This document shows positions 38,601 through 45,499 of a stretch of 64,000 nt of DNA, piece after piece. Below the pieces are notes generated by a model. It saw nothing but the letters and a program-made list of their open reading frames with translations, was not told the DNA's origin and did no database searches. The position numbers and the translations under genes were made by a program. Source of the DNA: an uncultured virus (IMG/VR IMGVR_UViG_3300025141_000059) (lineage: Duplodnaviria; Heunggongvirae; Uroviricota; Caudoviricetes). Location: IMG/VR virus record IMGVR_UViG_3300025141_000059; one strand, 5' to 3'. The stretch's first letter is position 1. Each line of letters opens with the position of its first letter.

Positions 38601-41600
38601 GCACGTCATCATAGGCAGCGATCATACCTGCTCTCAGCATCATGCCAGGAAGATTGTTGTACGGTATCAAGGATACAGTATCCGCTTCATCCTCTGCCTC
38701 TTCCTCGCTACCCTTGGCAACCATCAAAAGAGTGTCCTTGTAAGCTGAAGAACTGTCAGTCACCCTTCCCAGGTTCTGACTTGGTTGTTCTCCGCCTTCA
38801 AGAAGTATGGTTCCCAGATGTTTTCCGTTCACCTTGAACAGTAACTGGTCCAGTCGTGGAGTTCCGTCTTCGTTTTCAACGATACTCTTTCTAAAGCTTG
38901 CCCACTCTTCTCTGATCAGCTCTTCGTCCACTCCAGGTGGTACAATGAACCTACTGTAAGGGTCTCCTGCTTTGTTCTTTTTCAAGGTAGGAAGCATCAG
39001 TGAGGTATACACGAATGACTTGCCCTTTCCTTCTTCATCCTCAGAGACACGGACAAAATCATTTACCGGAGTGATCTTCTTAACACGTTCCCACTTCCAC
39101 TGACCACGATTACCCTTTACTTTCTCTGAAGTGTAACTTGTGTGGTGCTCTCTGAACAGAAATGCTTTGATATCCTTGTGCTCAGCAGTATCCATGAACA
39201 TGTCTTTAGTGATGCCTTCATCCTTCAATTCCTCAGGAATGTTTCCGCTGTGGATAAGGACAACACGAAGACCGAGTTTGTCTGATGAATTGTCGACATC
39301 AGGATCGTCTTTTTTAGGCTTCACTACAGAACCGAATGGCTCTCCTCCCTGGATCTCTTCAAATTCTTTGGTTCCCTCAAACTTGATCCATTCCTTTCCT
39401 CCCTGCAGGTAAGTGAACCATCTTAATTGGCTCTTAGCATTCTCAAATTCACGAGACTCGTCATCTTTCAGTACGTGCTTAGAGTCCTCCTCAAACAGTT
39501 CTGCGTATCTATTATAGGTTTCAAGGGGCCCTTCAATGTCTTCTCTTTCAGATGCGTGCCACCCAGTGGTCTTATAGAAACCAGGGTTTTGAATATCCGG
39601 AAGCTTGTAATCGTACGGACGCCTTCCTTTCTTTTTCTTACGTTTCGCCTGGTCAGTTATGTGGTCAAGCTCAGCGTCTTCAGTTGCATCCTCAGCAACA
39701 GAGCTCTTTTCAGAAGCGGTTTTCTTTGCTTCCACCTTCTCTTTGTCGTCCAGGGACTGATTGATCACGTGTTCCCACGCCTCGAACGCGACATAGGCCA
39801 CTTTGATGGTGTCAATGTTCTTGAAGTTTGTTCCGGCCTTAACTTTAAGGCCTCTTATCGCCCGGAGACTCCTCTGCAGATCGGCAAGCTGCTTCTCGTT
39901 GATGTCGAGTTCTGACCCCAACCAGTCCGCATCTGTAGCATCGAATGAGGTATCGTCGTTGACGAACGCATTCAATAGCTTCCACAATTGACCTCTGTAA
40001 GTTTTGAGGTTGGAGATACGCCCCTCTACCTCGATCTCTGCTTCTGTCAAGGCCTCCAGCTTCGCACCGAAGATCTCTCTGTGCGTATCAATGTCCCTCA
40101 AACCCTCCATTACGGCCACTTCCGTGTCCATCACACTCTCGAGAGGGGTGCCTTTCAAGGCCTCCATCACGTCTGTGTTGACAATGTCGAGCATGTTATC
40201 GAAGAGCATACCTCTCTCATTGATCATCTCCAGGACAGCAAGTCCCTCCTGAACATTCAATCTGTCAGACCTGAGCAGTTCGGCCTGCTCTTCATAATCT
40301 TCAATGAACTCGGTGAGTTCGTTGATCATCTCTTTAAGCTTGGCCGGAGTAGTATTGGTCAGGATCTTACCGTTCGCATCTCTAAGAATGATACGTCCCT
40401 TAGCATTAGGTTTCGTATTCAGAAGAGGTATGAGTTCAGTTGTAAGTCTTTCGACCTCATCCTGGAACTCTGCGACCTTGGTATCTATGTCGGATATCTG
40501 CTTAAGCTTGGCTTTCTTGGCCTTGGCTACTTTGGCTTTGAGCTCAGCTTCAGCTTCGTCGTTCTCTGCCTTCGTTTTTAGTTGGTCCTTAACGCTTTCG
40601 GTCCTGCTCTCTTCCTCATTCTTTCTGTCAGCCTTGTCTTTTTCGATCTGCGTATCGTAAGCTTCCTTAAGCTTGTTCAACTCTCCTTGACGATACTCTT
40701 CATCCAACAATAACCTGAATGACTCCGCTGCAGCCTGTCTTCTTGTACGGATACGTCTGATATCGTTAAGAAGCTGAACAACTTTCTTTTCTTTCTTTGC
40801 CGCTCCTTCAGGATCCAGTTTCTTCCACTCTTCAAGCTCAAGTGCCGGCTTAAGGATCTTATTGTATTCCTCAGGAGAAAGGCGTGCTTCCGCTCCGTAA
40901 TTGCTTCTTACCCCTTCAAGTTGGGCCAATGTGTTCTTGTAGGTCTTAAGAGTTTCTTCCTGCTCGTCTGAGAGCTCGTCAGAATTCTCCATCATCTCCA
41001 CTGCTTCCGTAAGCTTGACGATATAGTCTTCTACTTTGGCTGTTTCAGTGAATGCTCCTACGTCTACTGTACGTTTCTTTCCGTCCTTGTCGGTATACTC
41101 GATCTGATCCACCTGATCTTTAACCTCTCTGATCACACCATTGGTGTCCTCTGCCATCTCTCCTATCATGGATCTCTCCCTGGCGTCACTATCATCCATT
41201 ACAGAAAGAAGATGCGTGAGCTGTCGCCTCAGGTACCCAGGGGACATGATCCGATCCTCATGAAGTATCTTCTGAGCGGGTGTCATTCTGGTGTAGCCAT
41301 CTACAACCTCCATGGCTTCCTGGATCTTGTCAGCTCTTTCTCTTACAGCCTTGACCACTTGTGCTCTACGCTCCGACACCTGATCGTCTGGAAGCTCTAA
41401 TTCCGTATATCCACCTACTTCTCTAAAAGCCGCGGCATCAAGAGCTGCGATCATCTTCAGGTCATTATCAATATCCTTGAACTGACCAGTGTTGAGCTTG
41501 GCCATGGTGTAGTCAAAGAAGTCGTCAAACTCGAGATCCTTAGCAAGACCAACATCTCCATTCTGAAGAGCCTCGTCCATCAGTTCAGAACGTTTGATCA

Positions 41601-43242
41601 CATTCGAAAAGAATGTGTGATTCTGACGTAGAGAATTCAATAGATTAGGATGCTTTTCGGTAAGGGCATTGATCCTGTCGACCACAGCACGTCGCTGTTT
41701 GACCTCCTTATAAGCACTTACCGCGGTCATATTCGTTCCAGGAAGACCAAGGGCCCCTAGAATGAAACCGACAGCGATCTCCAATTGACCGTCCTTTGAG
41801 AATGCAGACCCGTGTATCCCTTCTCCTATGGACCTTAGGGTCGCTCCGACCATGTCCATGGAATATTCTTCACGTAATCCACTGAGTAGAGCGTAGTCAT
41901 AAGTAGCACGTTGCATTGCTCCTTGACCGCCCTCTTCCACAACTCCTTCGTACAGCCCTGTACCTATTACCCTCTTACCTATTCTTGCCGCATCAGCAAC
42001 CTTTTCTCCGTATCTACCAAATACTTTTGTAGCTCCTTTTTCAAAAAGAGAGTTTGCTGTAGGAAGACCTCTTACCCCGGTGTTTCTTCCAGCCCATTGC
42101 ATTGCTTTTCTTCCTGCGTTACCTGGAAGACTGAGTATGCTATGCTTAATACTTCTTCCATATAGCTTTGGAAGCATCAATATGTTACTGTAACCTACTA
42201 AAGCAAAGTTTCCAGCGAAGATCCAGTTGCTCATCTTGGTGCTTCTGTTCTCTATCTCCTGCCGTTTTTCAGGAGATAGCATGTTGTACTTCTCCTCTGA
42301 TGTCAGTGCTCTTCCAGCCTCCTCCTCTGCAGCTATAAGTTCGTCACCAAGTGCTTGATTGATGAATTCGTCCTTCATTGCGGTATACGCACTTCTGGAT
42401 TCTACACCTGCTTCATATCCTGCTCCTGTAAGGCTCTGACGCAGAACAACAGCGGAATGCTTTAGCATGCTCCCTCTGGTTCCTGCTTTCAATGCCTCTT
42501 TGGCAGCTTTCTTTGTAGATGCTTTTCCCAGTCCAGCAAGAACATGCTTCATGTTCAACCCTTTCAAAAGACGAGATGCGTTAAGAGATGCTCCTAGTGG
42601 GCCCAATGTCGCGGAAGCAAGCACCTCTGAGATCGCAGCTCCAGCAAGAAAGCTCATACCGTTGAGGAATGTGTCTGACCAGAAATTTGCGGTACCCATG
42701 GTATCCCAGAACCCTTTCTCTTTCTCAAGGCGGGTCACATGATGAGGCAGGTTCCTGTCCATACTCTCATTCAAGCTGTCAAGCCAGTGAGAGAAATCGT
42801 TGTTCCAGAAAGCGCTTTCGTCCTTCTGGGCACCCATCTGAATGAGTCCCCAGGCAAGACCAGCAATACTACCTACTACGTTGACACCTGTTTTTCCAGC
42901 AAACTTGATGGCGCCATATTGAAGTTTTTCAGAAAGACCTTGACTCAGCGCCCTGTGTTCTTCCAGGTCGACCATTTGCTCAGGAAGAGTGACCTCCTTA
43001 TCGTATTCAGATGACCCGAAATCGTAAGGCACCATGCTCCCAGCAAAAGCGAGATCAGGCGTTCCAATAACAGGTCCTGCATATCCTTGAAAGGCCAGGT
43101 TATCAGCTGCCTGAGCCTCTTCTTCAGGGGTCATCCACTCAAAACCATCGGTCAAGCCGCCAGTATCTACTACTACGTCTCTTTCTTCAGTTTCTGAGTC
43201 TACACCAAAGCCGGCTTCAAAATCTTTAAGTGGATCTATCAT
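29623..43242 (-). CDS. Giant virion RNA polymerase polyprotein (~4,540 aa), phi14:2 gp66-type two-barrel RNAP with a zincin protease motif
   Basis: RIPADGTHS...SGSDFDIDKL catalytic DxDxD at ~32260-32286; LYHETFH...EEWLAEEF zincin; hydrophobic N-terminal segments. Start placed at ATG 43242 to avoid overlap with the upstream gene. Confidence 0.92.
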   Translation of the reverse strand: MIDPLKDFEAGFGVDSETEERDVVVDTGGLTDGFEWMTPEEEAQAADNLAFQGYAGPVIGTPDLAFAGSMVPYDFGSSEYDKEVTLPEQMVDLEEHRALSQGLSEKLQYGAIKFAGKTGVNVVGSIAGLAWGLIQMGAQKDESAFWNNDFSHWLDSLNESMDRNLPHHVTRLEKEKGFWDTMGTANFWSDTFLNGMSFLAGAAISEVLASATLGPLGASLNASRLLKGLNMKHVLAGLGKASTKKAAKEALKAGTRGSMLKHSAVVLRQSLTGAGYEAGVESRSAYTAMKDEFINQALGDELIAAEEEAGRALTSEEKYNMLSPEKRQEIENRSTKMSNWIFAGNFALVGYSNILMLPKLYGRSIKHSILSLPGNAGRKAMQWAGRNTGVRGLPTANSLFEKGATKVFGRYGEKVADAARIGKRVIGTGLYEGVVEEGGQGAMQRATYDYALLSGLREEYSMDMVGATLRSIGEGIHGSAFSKDGQLEIAVGFILGALGLPGTNMTAVSAYKEVKQRRAVVDRINALTEKHPNLLNSLRQNHTFFSNVIKRSELMDEALQNGDVGLAKDLEFDDFFDYTMAKLNTGQFKDIDNDLKMIAALDAAAFREVGGYTELELPDDQVSERRAQVVKAVRERADKIQEAMEVVDGYTRMTPAQKILHEDRIMSPGYLRRQLTHLLSVMDDSDARERSMIGEMAEDTNGVIREVKDQVDQIEYTDKDGKKRTVDVGAFTETAKVEDYIVKLTEAVEMMENSDELSDEQEETLKTYKNTLAQLEGVRSNYGAEARLSPEEYNKILKPALELEEWKKLDPEGAAKKEKKVVQLLNDIRRIRTRRQAAAESFRLLLDEEYRQGELNKLKEAYDTQIEKDKADRKNEEESRTESVKDQLKTKAENDEAEAELKAKVAKAKKAKLKQISDIDTKVAEFQDEVERLTTELIPLLNTKPNAKGRIILRDANGKILTNTTPAKLKEMINELTEFIEDYEEQAELLRSDRLNVQEGLAVLEMINERGMLFDNMLDIVNTDVMEALKGTPLESVMDTEVAVMEGLRDIDTHREIFGAKLEALTEAEIEVEGRISNLKTYRGQLWKLLNAFVNDDTSFDATDADWLGSELDINEKQLADLQRSLRAIRGLKVKAGTNFKNIDTIKVAYVAFEAWEHVINQSLDDKEKVEAKKTASEKSSVAEDATEDAELDHITDQAKRKKKKGRRPYDYKLPDIQNPGFYKTTGWHASEREDIEGPLETYNRYAELFEEDSKHVLKDDESREFENAKSQLRWFTYLQGGKEWIKFEGTKEFEEIQGGEPFGSVVKPKKDDPDVDNSSDKLGLRVVLIHSGNIPEELKDEGITKDMFMDTAEHKDIKAFLFREHHTSYTSEKVKGNRGQWKWERVKKITPVNDFVRVSEDEEGKGKSFVYTSLMLPTLKKNKAGDPYSRFIVPPGVDEELIREEWASFRKSIVENEDGTPRLDQLLFKVNGKHLGTILLEGGEQPSQNLGRVTDSSSAYKDTLLMVAKGSEEEAEDEADTVSLIPYNNLPGMMLRAGMIAAYDDVRHMMIPMHSRLLDSSEAENIVRMMHLLLQEKALRAANVAVYKNTAKAWESIKKGFTVPVDGTEINVWDTLNQMVYIGSKKRKDPAYRLSHDKRGFTFGAEGTSINLETFTVESEENTKKIEAMKAFLLTKYHQVDHDALKNSVTQSTNNGYVRPKWYMTKKTKSSESKYPWGEIHLDADLSVSDTSVLYNNYNEYLLKDRKGDKQSPLRTRVKPIANLGELNAPRVLGGYFTFAKEDHITLAGIKRGGPGGAGPRLGGVRKGADPTSGSTADGDSIFKKAPSRGAEDAIQSDDEVTDEAMDRMQKRKENRTDEEKERLKNVFKKKKKKKSDDDTSDDVPWEDIPDTENTKASLSVKPTQQSSEVDLGTETAPKGGKVVIDTVKGKKPQAGAVVAFRTEGKTEQNMIDALEDNAVGNPFGPYGAIKEKTVVSVTRFLDWLEGKGDKNVMQDYRNALLAKVPELKGKTIYYYKDLGRPSHATALDYFLNKPTQQSSSKDSVADKKDTDPFSGPAPLLLEVGKELGEGYMKETYAEELKRAQGMSSAEIVEVIGTIPFMGKDAIGLIDGLGRILISKGLAVGGTLYHETFHNVSLFFLSPYESGNMYNLVRRIPGSTTTYLGKEKKMSKLTDKEAEEWLAEEFRRYVLWEGEYKLGQDTVEDDRSRLKKFFDSILNWFRARFGMTRGLEISPEMGGIKDLFSKIVKGEMYESLPDPKRDWTERTAMLRSMILGEESATYSKDLMSTMSAYVADVITDPNTNISFEELLNFTVSTSSDMGKRIGKVYKEAYQRMWIGYRNAYNEADAAGRGDLLRRSMIIWPEKDGAKPIEGVARRNEISRLHRAYMHQLGLTIEAEDDKDENGRRTKDWKEDSESLEVSPTERASRRIRILLATIPNKTVRNSTGLHGVYELRDTLKTLQDKLAGKLNYLDQLNTMKALAPEFPWMEDVAARLGSYATTGEEALETMLLRTQFRGQFGQTMMEVRQTLLSENGRIGSLDPSMERAQRSIKNEWNSNLRRMAVLVNEGHVSFTPNGSIQFAAEGAFPVGKKNDMITFDDLRKKVTGSKNLDLVMDGLEKFGINFTNREEIKDNANKIIDNETYSSSLRDALMHAINDVLKNNFEVSGGHEAKGKETIQGDGKDKAMRKVADGFIGEMDRTPRVEPRKYKSFSSIGTSWRVFGLKNNAAGAGGNLGNTVEAWRPTNKIIMLARDDKLKGTDISAVTKERIAIAMAKGAKFVVGDMPGVDSQFIEYLTQIGAKFTVYHTGKDSRIPRARVGIKASLFDRSVAKSVTRMNRLAKIERATGTREFEFQFQNAEGKLEYSITLNMYITILENMSKKELSTYYDSANNPFGENSLALASWDKRKSFSVVNMAGIQVDAPGQTGSKMPGLKMSDIVVNHVQAIMDGISISPRAADQQTEFGVKFNIEHGKTIKDVEDLMYDYLEDEIAAGVKGNTEGQFLEDFNKKTQGLRKFSALVGKDMEAKIVKELIDDPAVYNEIIRKDPSRRRMKINAFLDNNWNEIWSSITENLQATVKENIEFFEEQGLIGKKDQRNSRALFGLNREYFKNKPEDTLPDTVLEEEIEGFAEEFTVTQFIQNTEYYKVILGDPALYKALFKRVKGTYGTKKLMDVDPMYNNWLSANSLGMSRTDGFIDMILAKEPIDFTRLIDKYPPALQPAYRKAIDKADGTLLVTLEDYRQYGLRVGSWLPEQDKAFHQILAYRRGERTTLPEIKLGAFPPAKYQYFGPQKWAKGKIQPMGFLKMSVVPVYPEAGIEYPGLQSLFDIMKDNNVGGIVIPTAFKVGLTTEDAQVELFNADGTIDPKPLVKEEMKTTFDLRFMGEQLEVAPKFKGTSPISTQARVQVLSDLFEDGKLLHGSLRANIKEYHALLNGLTDKAFGDLLDEFNIEEVDGQYNIRNNDYTRFIDALKEEGIRRDLSQALLDGMDGLQESNDLKEPVLFDLLVNKRRMEGLLWSLAGKRVIRQRFHGDMYVQKSNLGYEVVQQKFGDSVINQMEPLKFYMEGGEMEVYLPHHFKELIGKGARVGKDGAIYIDGQKEAVGSKNLLRLMGIRIPADGTHSIEVIRVKAFLPRSQGPTIVVPSELLTKSGSDFDIDKLVLYFPSYKVEVKENGVKKLVKERFHKDLQTWYKIAKAEAEESLGEIEGILRRSRGVEELDDTVANEIAQRFVDRVFGPEDKLRDDPELEGLFEKDDDMEHIASVIKKSPKIARKILEQRKKDFEALKNNYSEWRAANPDATEYVVNSKGAIQNRIMDMMVKMLENRNRQQTFLQPTHMEQWKTLGKEMLEKGNLTDLGDVTDYYHANSFKHLMAVSEAFWQAGTVVSITALASTHHVKSQMAGLKLNLRTLKTKSNGESEMVENSFKAPTGQNLKYQIRFNRFNNDQDQISLGRINDVNQAYTDPNSPHYDPAAVSYRISDAISQLVQAAVDAVNEPLLHLINMGPDVAPTGLFLLRAGVPMSSMTYFLNQPIIKEYLHEYGVKTSRMMKVLEVEGNREAILKKIRRSYLVKNRSETDYYFIDKDDQNLPEDQRVGLYDMVGMHKTEMGKAQKEAQLQILNDFLLYEHLGEDLSAMTTAQSFDTKPPKSRNGLRLALANYERVINGKTFSNAKQITEGDTFLKSMTGYNRTMQGVLNSVFLTEQAGEAYNEGFRDMVDIFTDPRKRWLSEDDRVRILNQYEEGFVSFLIQRVSLNGKPKIGNDATRLLYGNNTMAIRLNKIRNSEDNEKLRLNPFIQALVPVVAAETLNEQNDYIEPLFRTMNNPEQTTLFDGFREIERDDPLLARDIILTAFLQSGIGQTPQSFLELIPGSSFMEVAKDILHEYVNDPEIIEVAAEDYFEEFFKNNTHDIRIVPIENSTFTASKKNRKKGPNDKKRLLFPYTQRQTAESASARTLARKEGIALPKKETVLFKNVYYSLDNDVSNLKPSAVESTVVEESAMIGKRSRTHLNMMDGVVIQRRLPTLNEDEANDPTECNS
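37120..37537. repeat. 22-nt direct repeat ACTACTTTG(C/T)TGTGTTGGTTTA (37120-37141, 37516-37537) flanking an AT-rich in-frame insert
   Basis: 21/22 identity. The spacing is 396 nt (132 codons), and both copies encode KPTQQSS. Confidence 0.9.
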
Positions 43243-43255
43243 TACTCCCAAACTA

Positions 43256-45499
43256 TCAAAAGTTCCATGCTGTATTTCTGTCCGTGGTCTCTTTGAAGAA
43301 CTTAGCTTCAGTAGCACCAGAAACGAACATGTATCTCAGTGCGTCCCTTGTTATTATGTTGGTGAGCTCCATACCGAGGTTTCTTCCGCCATTTGGTCCT
43401 GATATATATCCTCTGGAGGTCTTTCCATCAATGAACCCACCTGCACCATCAGACATTTGCTCAGTAAAGACCGGAGCAGGAACAATAGTTATAAGTTCGT
43501 TTGTAGCTGCATCTCTTACACTATGAAACAGCATTGTTACTTTATACTGAACAACAGCACTTCCTTTTCCTCTACCAGCAGCATAGTTAGGTACAATAAT
43601 TGACTCTCCTGCTTGACCGTTCTTGACGTGTGCGTGCAGTCTTGCAATTGGATTGAACGCAGCTCTCATCTGATCCGTAAGACCAACCTCTAAGTCGTAC
43701 CTAGTGCTTTTACCGTCAAAATACCTCACTCTGAAGTTTCCAGGGACCTTTCCGTAGACCCTCATTCCTCCCATTTCAAGGGCTGCGTCTCCTACATCAA
43801 GTTTACCTTCTCCTCCTTTATGGATATTAAACATCATACTCCTTACGTCGCCCTCAACATCTGCCTGCGGGTTAAGGTGGTTCATGGTCAGGAATTCAAT
43901 TCCTTCCGTGACAAATCCAAGTTGTCCAAGTATCGGAACGTCTTTCAGAGGATCTTCATCAGAACGTTCTTTTGCTGCAGAGGCCCATGTTTCGAAGTTC
44001 TGTACCTGTGTTGAATGATCTGCATCATACACCAGTGTTGAAAGTAGATACTTGGCCATCCATCCTGCAGCTACCTGACGACCCCAATCAGTAGGAAGGT
44101 ATTCTTTAGATATAAATGCCAAGCTTGCAGAAAACGCTTCGTCCAGTGCTCTGTGGAACTTCTGGTCAGAATCACCAGGTTTTTTAAGATATTCATACTT
44201 ACGATCGTAGTAACTATATTTCGCAGTTGGATTGTGCTTCCAGAAATTTGGGTCGACCTCCATAAGACCACCTGCATCGTCAACGACCTTATCAACGCGC
44301 CTCTCGTTCTCACGTATAGCGTTAAGAATGTTTCGTTGTTGCTGAGACGGACGTGTCCAGTGCTCTGGGTGTGAAGGATCAGCTGTGCTGGCGACTGCAC
44401 TCGATACTGCCCATTTTTCTGCGTTGTACTTAGACTCTCCTGCTTCATTGTATGTTGCAGCAACCGCTTCTGAATCATTCCAGTCAATTCCACCAGGAAG
44501 AGCCCCAGAAGAAGCAATGTCGGTGAGGTAGCTGACCGAAGGAGTTATTGCTTCGGAAGTTGGCGCTGGTCTACTAGAGAGAACTTTCCAATAGAGATTA
44601 TCTCGGTAGGATACTTCTTTTCCGATCTGTGGGCCTGCGACAGAAACAAGATCGTCAAGCATTATCTCTTCAGCTTCGTCTCTGGTAAACAGCTTATTCG
44701 TTTCTCCGTCGATTGTAAGTTCGGTCAATCGCATCATCTTCTGCTTACCCTCCTTTGAGGACAGATATGCGTGCAATACCATTTTGGCCACGTCCCTCAC
44801 CTTGGTCTTATCAACTTCCTTACCTGATACAAGTAGAGCTTCCATCTCTGCAGCTGAAAGACCGGTTGCTGTGGTCACCTTCTGTATCCAGACAGGATCA
44901 GATTTGATGTTGTTCATCAACGTACGTGCACGTTCAATTGCGTTAAGCTCAGGCTCTATCTTAGGTCGGTAAATACCGTCCACTGCGGAATCCCAAGTAC
45001 CGATGGCATCTTCATATATGACGTTATCATCAGCATCACGCTCAGCTTCTCCATTGATATCAAGCTTTGGTCTACGGTGGGTGTCTATCGGACGAGTTCC
45101 CTCTGATTCCATCTTGGTCTTCAGCTTTTCGCCGTCCTTCCAGGCCCCGTACGTATCTATAGCATTCAGAACATTGTGGTCTGTTGCGAAAGCCGTGATG
45201 CTCTCTTGAACAGCTCTGTTGGCCAAATGGTAGTTACCAGAGTTGACCACGTCGTTCATTATATCGTCGACCTTGTTCCTGATATTGGTAATATGCTTCT
45301 GATCCCCAGGAACGGTCCTGATAGCACCGATAGACCTTGAAAGGTCGTCCATATATACACGGTTAGCATCAGCTGTCTGCTGTTGCTGCTGCATTATATC
45401 GGGCAATCTTGACGGTGCCGAAGGTTGATACTGTACAGGAACAAAGCTTCCGTACGGATCTCTACCTCCACCGTCCTGGTATTTCTTTAATTCCTCCAT
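43256..45499 (-). CDS. Putative virion cargo protein (747 aa)
   Basis: Directly upstream of the RNAP gene; begins KKYQDGG; TAATG coupling. Confidence 0.8.
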   Translation of the reverse strand: MEELKKYQDGGGRDPYGSFVPVQYQPSAPSRLPDIMQQQQQTADANRVYMDDLSRSIGAIRTVPGDQKHITNIRNKVDDIMNDVVNSGNYHLANRAVQESITAFATDHNVLNAIDTYGAWKDGEKLKTKMESEGTRPIDTHRRPKLDINGEAERDADDNVIYEDAIGTWDSAVDGIYRPKIEPELNAIERARTLMNNIKSDPVWIQKVTTATGLSAAEMEALLVSGKEVDKTKVRDVAKMVLHAYLSSKEGKQKMMRLTELTIDGETNKLFTRDEAEEIMLDDLVSVAGPQIGKEVSYRDNLYWKVLSSRPAPTSEAITPSVSYLTDIASSGALPGGIDWNDSEAVAATYNEAGESKYNAEKWAVSSAVASTADPSHPEHWTRPSQQQRNILNAIRENERRVDKVVDDAGGLMEVDPNFWKHNPTAKYSYYDRKYEYLKKPGDSDQKFHRALDEAFSASLAFISKEYLPTDWGRQVAAGWMAKYLLSTLVYDADHSTQVQNFETWASAAKERSDEDPLKDVPILGQLGFVTEGIEFLTMNHLNPQADVEGDVRSMMFNIHKGGEGKLDVGDAALEMGGMRVYGKVPGNFRVRYFDGKSTRYDLEVGLTDQMRAAFNPIARLHAHVKNGQAGESIIVPNYAAGRGKGSAVVQYKVTMLFHSVRDAATNELITIVPAPVFTEQMSDGAGGFIDGKTSRGYISGPNGGRNLGMELTNIITRDALRYMFVSGATEAKFFKETTDRNTAWNF

